NCBI GenBank assembly: GCA_016841745.1
Contig: JAENYO010000006.1
Span: forward strand, 53,008-117,007
Direction of reading: 5' to 3'
Source: Acetomicrobium hydrogeniformans
GTDB lineage: Bacteria > Synergistota > Synergistia > Synergistales > JAFGMB01
Length of the DNA stretch: 64,000 nt
Below, piece after piece: positions 29,392-38,917 of this stretch. Below the pieces are notes generated by a model, which searched no databases, was not told the origin of the DNA, and worked only from the letters and a program-made list of their open reading frames with translations. Within the stretch, counting starts at the first letter, position 1. Each line of letters starts with the position of its first letter. The translations under genes were made by a program, and so were the position numbers.

Positions 29392-30726
29392 CTAGAAAAG
29401 ATTGCCAGGAAATTTAAAACCCTTGCGGTTCTTGCCCTTACCAATTTTTTTCCAGAGCTGATTCATCTGACCATGCTGTTTTAACAGCTGGTTCACCAGT
29501 TGAACGCTGGTTCCTGAACCCTCGGCAATCCGTTTTCGCCGGCTCCCTTTAATGATCTGCGGATTTTTTCTTTCCTGATCTGTCATTGAAAGAATTATAG
29601 CTTTTGTCTGCTTAATCCTTTTGGGATCCAGTTCCGCATTCTTGAGACCTTTCATTTTTCCAGCTCCAGGTATCATATCCAGAACCTTATCAAGTGGACC
29701 CATTTTCTCTATCTGATCGAACTGAAGTAAAAGATCATTCATTGTAAGTCTCTGTTTTTTAAAACTTTTAGCAAGCTTGTCCACATCGTCCTGGTTTGCA
29801 ATCTGCTGGACCTTTTCTGCAAGACCAGCTACATCACCCATTCCAAGAATTCTCTGGGCCATTCTCTTTGCATCAAAAGCTTCGAGGGCATCAATACCCT
29901 CGCCAACTCCAGCAAACTTGATAGCAATCCCTGTTGAAGCTTTAATAGCAAGGGCAGCTCCACCTCTGGCATCACCATCGAGTTTCGAAAGAACAACACC
30001 TGTCAGAGAAAGCCTTTCATGAAAGCTCGATGCGACTTTAACAGCCTCCTGACCTGTCATTGAATCTACTACAAGGAGAATCTCATGGGGAGAAGTAATT
30101 TCCCGTATCATCTGCAACTCTTCCATAAGTTCTTCGTCTATATGCAATCTACCAGCTGTATCAAGAAGGATCACATCTATGAGGTTCTGAGTTGCATAAC
30201 CGAGAGAACCCCTGACTACCGAAAGGGGATCCGATATACCCTCCGAAGGTCCATAAAAATCCACTTTTGCCTGATCCGCAAGAACCCTCAGTTGCTCAAC
30301 AGCTGCGGGTCTCCTGAGGTCACATGCAACAACCAGCGGCTTATGACCTCTTGAAAGCTTTTTTGCAAGTTTCACAGTGCTGGTAGTTTTTCCACTTCCC
30401 TGTAAACCTACCATGAGGCATATCGTCGGAGGCTTGGGTGAAATTGTAAGGGGAACAACCTTGTCACCCATAAGAGAGATCAGTTGCTCATAGACTATTG
30501 CAATTACCTGCTGTGCAGGGGTTATGGACTCCAGAACTTCCTGTCCGACCGCTCTTTCCCTTACACTGCTTACAAAAGATTTCACGATCTTGTAATCCAC
30601 ATCAGCTTCTAACAGCGCTCTCCGTACTTCCCTGAGTGCAGAATTGACATCATCTTCTGTAAGTTTACCCTTTCCTCTAAGACCATCAAAAATAGAATCA
30701 AGTCTTTCTCGCAATGAATCAAACAT
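29392..30726 (-). CDS. ffh: Signal recognition particle protein Ffh
   Basis: NG domain (GLQGSGKTTSTVKLA, DTAGR) and a Met-rich M domain. Confidence 0.96.
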   Translation of the reverse strand: MFDSLRERLDSIFDGLRGKGKLTEDDVNSALREVRRALLEADVDYKIVKSFVSSVRERAVGQEVLESITPAQQVIAIVYEQLISLMGDKVVPLTISPKPPTICLMVGLQGSGKTTSTVKLAKKLSRGHKPLVVACDLRRPAAVEQLRVLADQAKVDFYGPSEGISDPLSVVRGSLGYATQNLIDVILLDTAGRLHIDEELMEELQMIREITSPHEILLVVDSMTGQEAVKVASSFHERLSLTGVVLSKLDGDARGGAALAIKASTGIAIKFAGVGEGIDALEAFDAKRMAQRILGMGDVAGLAEKVQQIANQDDVDKLAKSFKKQRLTMNDLLLQFDQIEKMGPLDKVLDMIPGAGKMKGLKNAELDPKRIKQTKAIILSMTDQERKNPQIIKGSRRKRIAEGSGTSVQLVNQLLKQHGQMNQLWKKIGKGKNRKGFKFPGNLF

Positions 30727-31090
30727 GGGGTTCTCCTAAAGAATCAATGATTTGATCTATCTGTAAAACAAAAGATTCCGGCAACTCCTGCTGCCAGGAT
30801 CTGGTAACTTCTCTTATTCTTTCAAGATATCCTTCGTATTGTTGTACCCTTTTTGAAAAAGAAAGGTCATGCTCCAGATTTGTAAGTCTGTCTATGGCTC
30901 TTTGAAGCAGATCATGGGCAGCCTGCCTGGATATACCTGTTTTCTCTGCTATTTCTCCGAGAGAAAGATCCATTAGTTCGTGAAGTTCAAATACTTCTCT
31001 CTGCTTTTTTGTCAGAATTGGCGAATAAAGATCAAAGAGAACTGTCTGGTTGATCCTTTTTTCAAGATAAGAACTGTTATTCAAAATCAT
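30719..31090 (-). CDS. ylxM: YlxM/p13-like helix-turn-helix protein (UPF0122)
   Basis: LFDLYSPILTKKQREVFELHELMDLSLGEIAEKTGISRQAAHDLLQRA. Lies upstream of ffh and overlaps it. The likely start is MILNN (31090). Confidence 0.8.
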   Translation of the reverse strand: MILNNSSYLEKRINQTVLFDLYSPILTKKQREVFELHELMDLSLGEIAEKTGISRQAAHDLLQRAIDRLTNLEHDLSFSKRVQQYEGYLERIREVTRSWQQELPESFVLQIDQIIDSLGEPHV

Positions 31091-31308
31091 CACCCCCGAA
31101 GCAGCAGAAAAGATTATAAGTTCCATTTAAGGGTCTGTCAAGTATTATACCTTGACAGTTTAGACATCCCGATGTGCTGTAATTTCCATTCTGATAGTCT
31201 TCCACCTCATAGCCTAAGCCTTTTGAACTATAGACAAATCTCATCTTGTTTGCAATCATAGTCAACGTTCGTATAAGTAGAATACGAAAAAGGGAGATGA
31301 GAAAACAA

Positions 31309-31974
31309 ATGAAAGAAAAAAACCTTTCACCCTTTCAGCCTGCAATGACTGAAAAGAATCGCCTTCTGGGTGAAGCTGTCGTAAAAGCCCTTTCTGAAAA
31401 CGGCTTTTCTGCCAAATACGTTGAAACCAGAGAAGAAGCTCTGATGGAAGTCCTCGAACTTATACCCGAAGGCGTTTCTGTAGGTATTCCAGGAAGTGTT
31501 ACAATCAGGGAAATAGGAGCACTGGAGAAACTTCAGGAAAGGGGCAACAAAATATACCATCACTGGGATCCCACCCTTACTCCTGAATCAAAGAATCAGA
31601 GACTTACAGATGAAAATAATTCGGATTACATACTCACGAGTTCCAACGCCGTTACCCATGACGGGATGCTGGTCAATATTGACGGTGTAGGCAATAGAGT
31701 AAGTGCAATGGCTTGGGGAAATAACCCGATTGTATATGTTGTAGGGATCAATAAAGTTGCAAAGGATCTGCAATCAGCCATTCAAAGAGTTCGTGACGAA
31801 GCCACACCACCTAATGCCCTGAGGCTAAGTATCGACACACCATGCTCTAAAACCGGACATTGCATGGATTGCAAATCCCCAAGCAGGGTCTGCAGAGCCC
31901 TTCTTATCCTTGAACGGGCAACAATGGGCAGAAAATCTCATGTAGTAATTGTCGGAGAAGATCTCGGATATTGA
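31309..31974 (+). CDS. LUD-domain (YkgG/LutC-like, DUF162) protein
   Basis: Contains GSVTIREIG, SSNAVTHDGMLVNIDGVGNRV and VVGINKV. The start is uncertain (31297 or 31309), and the track ORF extends to 31246. Confidence 0.65.
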   Translation: MKEKNLSPFQPAMTEKNRLLGEAVVKALSENGFSAKYVETREEALMEVLELIPEGVSVGIPGSVTIREIGALEKLQERGNKIYHHWDPTLTPESKNQRLTDENNSDYILTSSNAVTHDGMLVNIDGVGNRVSAMAWGNNPIVYVVGINKVAKDLQSAIQRVRDEATPPNALRLSIDTPCSKTGHCMDCKSPSRVCRALLILERATMGRKSHVVIVGEDLGY

Positions 31975-32086
31975 TCGGCAATACCCTGTTCCATAGACTA
32001 CCCCCCTTATTTACGTTCAACCAGAATCCCTGGTATTGATGTATTTTTGTCGAAAAACAAGGGGAGATCATACAGGAGGGAAACAT

Positions 32087-33079
32087 ATGCCCAAAAGAAA
32101 CAAAATCGCCCTGGTGATTGCAGGTGGCCAGATAGGCATGAAATTCTCGGAAAAACTGAACGGCCATACTCCTTCATTGAGTGGAGAAGAGATAATGTAC
32201 TGGCTTCCTCAGGAACTATCTGAAAACCTGGAAATAGTTGATTGGAGCCATCAACCCAGCAGTCATTACACGATGAGAATGACAAGCGACCTTGTACATA
32301 TTCTAAATAAACTTGTCCAGGAAGGTATAGCAGGCCTTGTCGTCTTGTGTGGAACAGACAGTCTTGAGGAAATGGCATACCTGACCGATCTCCTGTGGGC
32401 CTATCCTCAGCCGGTTATCTTTACAGGGGCAGTTCTCCCCCCTGATATGATCGGCTCAGATGCATCAATCAACATTACCCAGGCGATCATGGCAGCCCGC
32501 TCTGAAGCGTGTTGGGGTTTAGGGGTAATGGCTTGTTTTCAGGATCAGCTTTTCGCCGCTTCTGAGATCACACAGATAGCGAATCACAGAGGTTCCGCAT
32601 TTATGGCTCCTGATCGTGGTCCTGTAGCTGAAATTGTCGGTGAAGAGGTAACGATTCTGAGAGTTTACAAAAGACCCCAGATTCTGGAAGGTGATTTTTC
32701 TCCTGCTCGAAACGTTGAGTTACTTTGGATAGCCCTTGGATCCAGCAGCAAAATAGTTGAAACCATGGCTGGAGAAAAAGAAAAAAGCATTGACGGTCTT
32801 GTTCTAGCTGCATTCGGTAATGGTAATATCCCTCCCTCCTGGACCCCTCACATTAAAACGCTTGTTAAGGAAGGTATTCCCGTAGTCCTTACCTCCCGTT
32901 GTCTGTCAGGCCACGTTAGAAGAATGTTCAGTTTTGAGGGAAGTGTAAACAAACTGCTTGAAATGGGGGTTATGTCGGGTGGACATTTATCTCCAATCCA
33001 TGCAAGACTCAAACTTGCTGTAGCGTTGGGGGCTGGCCTTAAAGGAAAGGTACTTCAGAATTATCTTATCGCGAAATAG
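32087..33079 (+). CDS. L-asparaginase family (type I-like) protein, atypical active-site motif
   Basis: The fold motifs are colinear with AnsA: KIALVIAGGQIGM versus the canonical TGGTIGM, and VVLCGTDSLEEMAY versus HGTDTM. The start is at MPKRNK (32087), with an AGGAGGG RBS. Confidence 0.72.
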   Translation: MPKRNKIALVIAGGQIGMKFSEKLNGHTPSLSGEEIMYWLPQELSENLEIVDWSHQPSSHYTMRMTSDLVHILNKLVQEGIAGLVVLCGTDSLEEMAYLTDLLWAYPQPVIFTGAVLPPDMIGSDASINITQAIMAARSEACWGLGVMACFQDQLFAASEITQIANHRGSAFMAPDRGPVAEIVGEEVTILRVYKRPQILEGDFSPARNVELLWIALGSSSKIVETMAGEKEKSIDGLVLAAFGNGNIPPSWTPHIKTLVKEGIPVVLTSRCLSGHVRRMFSFEGSVNKLLEMGVMSGGHLSPIHARLKLAVALGAGLKGKVLQNYLIAK

Positions 33080-33100
33080 TGCGTTTGAAAGAGTTTCGGT

Positions 33101-33137
33101 AAAGGGGGATCGTTATATGAACCATGGTTCCCCCTTT
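33101..33137. terminator. Bidirectional terminator between the asparaginase-like and TauE genes
   Basis: AAAGGGGGA...TCCCCCTTT hairpin between convergent genes. Confidence 0.6.
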
Positions 33138-33141
33138 ATTG

Positions 33142-33894
33142 TCAGGACATCACAACTCCTGTTAACATTTTTAAAGCACTGACTACAATAACTACTGCCA
33201 GAATCCATCTCAACCAGGTATTTCCCTTGGCAATACTGAATCTGGCACCGAGATACCCCCCCACCATGTTCCCCAGTGCGAGAATAATTCCGATTCTAAA
33301 ATCAACCATTCCCTTTGAAACAAAAATGGCAAGGCTTACAAGGGTATAACAGGCCACGATACACACCTTAAGAGCATTTGAACGGAGCAGATCATTGCCA
33401 GCTAGTCCGACAAGCCCCCAGAGCAGAAAAAAACCCACTCCTGCCTGGATAAAACCACCGTATATTCCGATAAAGAAGAAGGCACAGGCGATCAGCCAAT
33501 TCGGAAGTTTTTGTTCTCTCTGTTTTTCCCACATACCGGGTTTTGCGATAAGGAGAACAGCCATGAAAAGGATCAAAAACGCAATAACGCTCTTCAGGAT
33601 TCTTTCATCAAGGCTGACAGCAAGGAAAGCTCCCACGATGGATCCGAACGTGGCTGGAAGAGCAAAAAAAACCGCCTCCTGTAAAGATACTACCCCTTCT
33701 TTTCTAAATTTTTTCATGGCCACAATGTTCTGACAGATAATGGCGATCCTGTTCGTCCCATTCGCTATGGACATATCCATACCTCCAAGAACCAAAACAG
33801 GCAAGACCAGCAAACTCCCTCCCCCTGCCGTAACATTGAGGAATCCTGCTATCAGACCAGTTAATATAATAAGAATGTAATGGAAAAGATCCAT
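33142..33894 (-). CDS. TauE/SafE (TSUP) family anion exporter permease
   Basis: 250 aa polytopic membrane protein. Begins AGFLNVTAGGGSLLVLPVL and shows an internal repeat. Confidence 0.82.
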   Translation of the reverse strand: MDLFHYILIILTGLIAGFLNVTAGGGSLLVLPVLVLGGMDMSIANGTNRIAIICQNIVAMKKFRKEGVVSLQEAVFFALPATFGSIVGAFLAVSLDERILKSVIAFLILFMAVLLIAKPGMWEKQREQKLPNWLIACAFFFIGIYGGFIQAGVGFFLLWGLVGLAGNDLLRSNALKVCIVACYTLVSLAIFVSKGMVDFRIGIILALGNMVGGYLGARFSIAKGNTWLRWILAVVIVVSALKMLTGVVMS

Positions 33895-34030
33895 TTTTTA
33901 CCCCCAATACAAATATTTTTTATTCATGGATTGGTCAACAAAAATTTTAACATATTCTTTCCTGTTCACTTCATTGGGTTACCATGATACAATGGGAACA
34001 TCCTGATCAATTTTAAAAGAAGGTGATCAT

Positions 34031-34459
34031 ATGAGATACGCCGCATCAGAAGAGGTTGTAGTAATTCGACTTACTGAGGGTGACGATGTCCATGATTCTA
34101 TCTCTCAGGTATGCAGGGAGAATAATATCGACTCGGCTATGGTTGTCACAGGTTTGGGTATGGTCAGCCATATCACTTTCGGCTGGTTTACTGGTAATGA
34201 ATATCTTACAGAGACACATGACGATACCTTCGAACTAATAGGATTAAACGGAAATGTCAGCTATAAGGGAAACAAGCTCTACCCTCACCTGCACGGAATC
34301 TTCAGCAGGGAAGATCACTCTGTACTAGGCGGGCATATACTCAAGGCAACCGCTCATAACAACATAGAAATCTTTATTAAGCCTATACAGACCATATTCC
34401 TGAACCGGGATTTTGATGGATGGTTTGACGCCCTGGCCCCAGAAAAAAGGAGTTCCTGA
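34031..34459 (+). CDS. PPC-domain (DUF296) protein
   Basis: 142 aa. VIRLTEGDDVHDSISQVCRENNIDSAMVVTGLGMVS...YPHLHGIF...VLGGHI matches the PPC/DUF296 pattern. Confidence 0.68.
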   Translation: MRYAASEEVVVIRLTEGDDVHDSISQVCRENNIDSAMVVTGLGMVSHITFGWFTGNEYLTETHDDTFELIGLNGNVSYKGNKLYPHLHGIFSREDHSVLGGHILKATAHNNIEIFIKPIQTIFLNRDFDGWFDALAPEKRSS

Positions 34460-34495
34460 AAAAGGGCTCGAGCACAATTTTCTCCATTTGAAAAC

Positions 34496-34530
34496 GTCAT
34501 ACCCGGAAGTCTTTTCTTTCCGGGTATGAC
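34496..34530. terminator. Hairpin terminator between convergent genes
   Basis: GTCATACCCGGAA-gtcttttct-TTCCGGGTATGAC, a perfect 13-bp stem. The U-tract is better on the minus strand. Confidence 0.65.
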
Positions 34531-34552
34531 GAAGTGTTACGCAGAGATATTA

Positions 34553-35092
34553 TTATAAGTCCTTTTTAATATCCAACTGTTCTCCACCTGTAATTCTTTC
34601 GAGTTCCTGTGGAGATAGGGGGAAAAAAGCATGATCTGTCCCAGCAGCAGCCCATACTGTTTCATACAGGAACAGATCTTCGTCAAGCAGGGCCTTCAGT
34701 TTCTCTGGATAACCAACAGGAGGAACTCCACCCACTTTAAAACCAGAAAATTGAAAAACAAAATCAGGATCAGCCATTTTCACTTTGCGCACATCAAGAA
34801 ACCTTCTGATCTTTTTTATGTTGACTCTGTTAGTTCCTGAGAGAAGGGCAAGTATTGGTTCGTCATCTGCTATCAGAACAAGGCTTTTAAGGATATGCTC
34901 AGGGGGTGCCCCTACCGCCCTGGAAGCATCCTCAACCGTAAAGATGGTGTCCGTAGTGGTCAGGATATCTCCCTGGTAGCCATTCTTTTCAAGAAAGATA
35001 CGAACTTTTTCGATTGGATCTGGATCTGAACTGAGAAACTTCAACTCATACACCTCCACAAGATATAGGTAAGGCTTCAAAAGGAGATCCAT
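34553..35092 (-). CDS. YbaK/ProX-type aminoacyl-tRNA editing (deacylase) domain protein
   Basis: Contains ILKSLVLIADDEPILALLSGTNRVN and FSGFKVGGVPPVGY. Confidence 0.8.
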   Translation of the reverse strand: MDLLLKPYLYLVEVYELKFLSSDPDPIEKVRIFLEKNGYQGDILTTTDTIFTVEDASRAVGAPPEHILKSLVLIADDEPILALLSGTNRVNIKKIRRFLDVRKVKMADPDFVFQFSGFKVGGVPPVGYPEKLKALLDEDLFLYETVWAAAGTDHAFFPLSPQELERITGGEQLDIKKDL

Positions 35093-35119
35093 AAATTGAT
35101 CTTGAAGATCTATCCATAT

Positions 35120-35989
35120 TTATTCTGCCTTTTCCCGCAGAAATTCAAGAAGCACATCCATGGCACTGGTTGAAACGGTTCCATTCATAAGGTAAAAGGA
35201 GCGACATAGGGGAGGGTCAAAAGGAATTGCAACTATATCCGGATTACGGGGAATAGCCAGTTTCGACACTACACCGGCTTCACCACCATGTTCAACAGCA
35301 TTAATCACTGCCATTACATGGCCAAATTTCAGATGAAGTTCAGCAAGATTTACAGACGTATCCGCAAGCTTTGCCTCTAGTACATTTCTGGTTCCGGAGC
35401 CCAAGGTTCTTCCTACCAGGTCCAGCCCCTCAAGGTCTCTGGGAGAAACTCTTTTTTCCATAGAAAGGTGATGTCCTTTTTTGACAATAAGGAACAATTC
35501 ATCATTGAAAAAAGGATGAATTTCAAAACCGGCAAGATGCTTTTCCTGTCCTACTATGGCAATATCCGACTCATGGTTAACCAGACTTTCCACGGCTTTT
35601 TGGGAATCAGATATCATAACCTCGATTGAAACATGAGGATATCTTGAATTGAAATCTACCAGTATTTCAGGGAGCAGAAAATCTCCGGGAATTGAACTGG
35701 CGCTTATTGTTATCTGCCCCGAGACTTCATCTGACGTTTCTGCTATTTCCCGTCTGACATCTGAAAGTGAGTTCTTTATGCTGGTTGCATATTTATATAC
35801 TATTTCCCCCCCTGGAGTAAGAACAGAACATCTATGTCCCCTTTTAAAAAGTTTTACTCCCAGATCTTCTTCAAGTTTAGCAATATGCTTGCTCACTGCC
35901 GGTTGTGAAACTCCGAGAAAAGCCGCAGCACTGGATATACTTCCCTTTTCAAGTACAGCGACGAAACTTTCCAATTGTTTGAAGATCAT
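35120..35989 (-). CDS. LysR-family transcriptional regulator
   Basis: N-terminal HTH (FVAVLEKGSISSAAAFLGVSQPAVSKHIAKLEEDLGVKLF) followed by a LysR substrate-binding domain. Confidence 0.9.
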   Translation of the reverse strand: MIFKQLESFVAVLEKGSISSAAAFLGVSQPAVSKHIAKLEEDLGVKLFKRGHRCSVLTPGGEIVYKYATSIKNSLSDVRREIAETSDEVSGQITISASSIPGDFLLPEILVDFNSRYPHVSIEVMISDSQKAVESLVNHESDIAIVGQEKHLAGFEIHPFFNDELFLIVKKGHHLSMEKRVSPRDLEGLDLVGRTLGSGTRNVLEAKLADTSVNLAELHLKFGHVMAVINAVEHGGEAGVVSKLAIPRNPDIVAIPFDPPLCRSFYLMNGTVSTSAMDVLLEFLREKAE

Positions 35990-36192
35990 TAATCCAACCT
36001 CCGATGGGAATATTTTTTCTCGTCTTTATTCCAATACAGAAACGATTTTACTACAGTTTACCGGTTTTACAGATCATTCATTTCTAAATGATGGCAATTA
36101 TTCTATTTCTGAACATTATAATTCCCAAAACTGCTTGTCAACAAAAGTTTATTGATATATATTTTAAGATATCAATTGAAGGAGGTCAGATA

Positions 36193-36561
36193 ATGAGCTT
36201 AGGTTTAAGGATCAAGACCTTGAGAAAAACATTGGGCTATACCCAACAAGCCCTAGCCGACATAACCACTGTAAGCAGAATTTACATACAGGCCCTGGAA
36301 AGCAACAGACGCCTCCCTTCCATGAAACTCCTGGCCAGACTTGCAGATGCCCTTGAAGTGGAAGTCAAAGATCTGGTCCAGGAAATGCCTTCAGACAATG
36401 AAGGAAAACTTCATTTAGAAGAAGTCCTTGGCAATTCTGAGGAAATCGAAGTATGGTATAGAAGTAAAAAGCTTTCTCAAAGCGAATTGCAGTTCGTCCA
36501 GAGACTTATTGACGCTGCTCTTATCAAATGGGAGGCAGAAGAAAACGAAGATGGAGCTTAG
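36193..36561 (+). CDS. XRE-family HTH transcriptional regulator
   Basis: MSLGLRIKTLRKTLGYTQQALADITTVSRIYIQALESNRRLPSMKLLARLADALEV. GGAGG RBS. The true start is at 36193, not the track's 36088. Confidence 0.85.
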   Translation: MSLGLRIKTLRKTLGYTQQALADITTVSRIYIQALESNRRLPSMKLLARLADALEVEVKDLVQEMPSDNEGKLHLEEVLGNSEEIEVWYRSKKLSQSELQFVQRLIDAALIKWEAEENEDGA

Positions 36562-36973
36562 AGATACTGATAGCCTTCAAGATTTCGATTTCCCCCTACC
36601 CCCTTCTTCCATTCCTTTATGGGCAACGGAAGAGGCATCTCAATGGCATAGGCTGGACCAATTCGATATTCTTATTAAAGCAGAAAATATGTGTAACAGA
36701 AGTATAGATATCGAATATGTGTGCATGAGCTCCAAATTATGGGGAATACATGTAGCAAAGGGGCCCAGAGCGTTAATATATCTTAACAGTTTACTCCCCC
36801 TTATATGGCAGCGTTTTGCCCTCTTCCATGAACTTTACCACCTGATAAAACATAAGAAAGGGGAAGTATTCTGGATGAGAACAGCCACACCAATGAACAG
36901 TTTTGAGTATCAGGCTGACCTTTTTGCATGGGCTGCGATCTGGCCTGAATGGACCGAAGGTGATCTCTATTGA
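36551..36973 (+). CDS. ImmA/IrrE-family (COG2856) zinc metallopeptidase
   Basis: HEXXH motif in FALFHELYHLIKH. The ATG at 36551 overlaps the XRE gene's 3' end by 11 nt. Confidence 0.8.
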   Translation: MELRDTDSLQDFDFPLPPSSIPLWATEEASQWHRLDQFDILIKAENMCNRSIDIEYVCMSSKLWGIHVAKGPRALIYLNSLLPLIWQRFALFHELYHLIKHKKGEVFWMRTATPMNSFEYQADLFAWAAIWPEWTEGDLY

Positions 36974-37905
36974 AACGAATAGCTTTTTTCCTTTCCAACA
37001 GAAGCTGCCCTCACAGATGTATCTATTGTGACCAGAGGGCAATAACAGGTGAGATGCACATCCCATCTCCCCTGGAAGTTGCAGGGATTTTACAAAAGTT
37101 TAATCAACCAGTTGAGCTTTGTTTTTTTGGCGGTAGTTTCACCTGTTTTAAGCTTGAGGATCAACGATGCTATCTTGATACAATTAAAAATGCTCCACAG
37201 GGAAGCACGGTCAGATTTTCGACCCATCCCCTCTGCATTAATGAGGAAGTTCTTGACCTCCTGAATTATTACCCCATCTCCATGATCGAACTGGGAGTAT
37301 CAAGCCTGAATAATGAAGTTCTCGCTTTTTGCGGGCGAGGCTACGATAATCAAAAGGTAATACAGGCAATGAGAATGGTCATATCCAGAGGGTTTGCTCT
37401 TGGTGCCCAGTTGATGATAGGCCTGCCCTTTCAGAATGAAGAAAGTTCACTTGAGGATGTCGATAAGATATCAGAAATATCCGGCGAACATATAACAACC
37501 CTGAGAATATATCCCTGCCTGGTTCTCAGGAACACTTACCTGGAAGAACTTTATAAGAAGGGACTATATCGGCCACTGGGAATTGAAGAAGCAGCTGACT
37601 GGTCAGGAAAGACATTGTACAGAGCCCTGAATAAAGGTTTGAAAGTCCAAAGAATAGGACTGCAGGAAACTGAAAGTCTGAGCGCATCTGTAATAGCAGG
37701 ACCTCACCACCCTGCCCTTGGAGAAATGGCAAAATCACATTCCCTTGCTATAACGCTTACATCTAAGATAAAACAAGGTCCATGGCAAATCGCCCGAAAT
37801 CAGATCTCTCTAATTAAGGGTCATAATTGTTATGGGCTCAGAGTCTTATCTTTAATGGCAGGACTTGCAGAAGAACAGACTCTACAACGGATAGAGTTTG
37901 TTTAA
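36970..37905 (+). CDS. Radical SAM protein (ELP3/HemN-like core, no extra domains recognised)
   Basis: CX3CX2C cluster motif at the N-terminus (SCPHRCIYCDQ). The TTG start overlaps the ImmA stop as TTGA, and GGTGA lies 7 nt upstream. Confidence 0.78.
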   Translation: MKRIAFFLSNRSCPHRCIYCDQRAITGEMHIPSPLEVAGILQKFNQPVELCFFGGSFTCFKLEDQRCYLDTIKNAPQGSTVRFSTHPLCINEEVLDLLNYYPISMIELGVSSLNNEVLAFCGRGYDNQKVIQAMRMVISRGFALGAQLMIGLPFQNEESSLEDVDKISEISGEHITTLRIYPCLVLRNTYLEELYKKGLYRPLGIEEAADWSGKTLYRALNKGLKVQRIGLQETESLSASVIAGPHHPALGEMAKSHSLAITLTSKIKQGPWQIARNQISLIKGHNCYGLRVLSLMAGLAEEQTLQRIEFV

Positions 37906-38038
37906 ACTTGTACTGTATTTCCTCCAATCCGTTCCTTACTTTCTGACATTAGGAAAGTAGTAAATCATTGACTACTTATAATACATGTTCTAAACTTGGG
38001 TACAGTTACTTATTGCCTTTTTCAGGAGGTGCTTATAC

Positions 38039-38905
38039 ATGGGAGGAACTGAACTTCAAGCCCTGTTAAGGGCAAAGATAGAGGGAATGCCCAACAAGGC
38101 CAGAAGAGTTGTAGACTACCTTCTTTCGCATACCCGGGAGGCAGCTTTTCTATCCATCGGAGAAGTTGCTGAGAACCTGAAGGTATCCAAAGCACAGTTG
38201 GTAAGAGTTGCCAGGATGCTTGGCTTTAAAGGATATGCAGATCTGAAAGATGCACTGAAATCTGCAGTACTGGAACAGGTCAATCCGGCTGCTGGTCTTG
38301 CCAAAACAATGAAAGAAAATAAAGATCTACCCGAAACCATATATCGCATGGAACATGCGAATCTGGATGATACATGGAAACAAATAACTCCTGATAAAGT
38401 AACAAGATTTTGTAACATGATAAAGAAAGCTACTAATATCTACTGCGTAGGATGGGGTATTTCTGCCATGGTAGCCGAGTCTCTTTACACCAGGTTGATG
38501 GAACTTGGGCTTAAGGGGATTCTTGTAAAAAGGGGATCTGTGGCACTAATCGAGCAGGCAAGGGCAATGAAACAGAATGACCTCGTTATTGTTTGCGAAC
38601 TACCCAGCTATGTAATAGAGGTAACAGAATCCATCAGCAAAGCCCACGAGAATGGTGCATCCGTAATAACATTTACTGACAGCCCCGCTGCTCCTGTATG
38701 CCAATATGCAGGACTTTCAATGTATGTAAGTGATAAGAGCCCCACCTTCGGGAGCAGTATCCTCGGACCATTGTTCCTTATTCACATCCTGACCTCTATT
38801 CTCGCCATTGACATGGGAGAACAGGCTAAAGCAGCATTGAAAGACCAGGCCGAGGGGCTACATGATGAACGTGTATACTACCCCTCTTATGACCTGCGTT
38901 ACTAA
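38039..38905 (+). CDS. MurR/RpiR-family transcriptional regulator (HTH_6 + SIS)
   Basis: N-terminal RpiR HTH (ARRVVDYLLSHTREAAFLSIGEVAENLKVSKAQLVRVARMLGFKGY) and a C-terminal SIS domain. Confidence 0.88.
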   Translation: MGGTELQALLRAKIEGMPNKARRVVDYLLSHTREAAFLSIGEVAENLKVSKAQLVRVARMLGFKGYADLKDALKSAVLEQVNPAAGLAKTMKENKDLPETIYRMEHANLDDTWKQITPDKVTRFCNMIKKATNIYCVGWGISAMVAESLYTRLMELGLKGILVKRGSVALIEQARAMKQNDLVIVCELPSYVIEVTESISKAHENGASVITFTDSPAAPVCQYAGLSMYVSDKSPTFGSSILGPLFLIHILTSILAIDMGEQAKAALKDQAEGLHDERVYYPSYDLRY

Positions 38906-38917
38906 CCGGGTAAGAAT

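Noticed and set aside
36193-36973. The XRE/ImmA pair as a marker of a prophage or an integrative conjugative element.
   Set aside because: No integrase, excisionase, replication, structural or conjugation genes and no att-like repeats lie within 10 kb on either side. I kept it as a chromosomal regulatory module (see findings).
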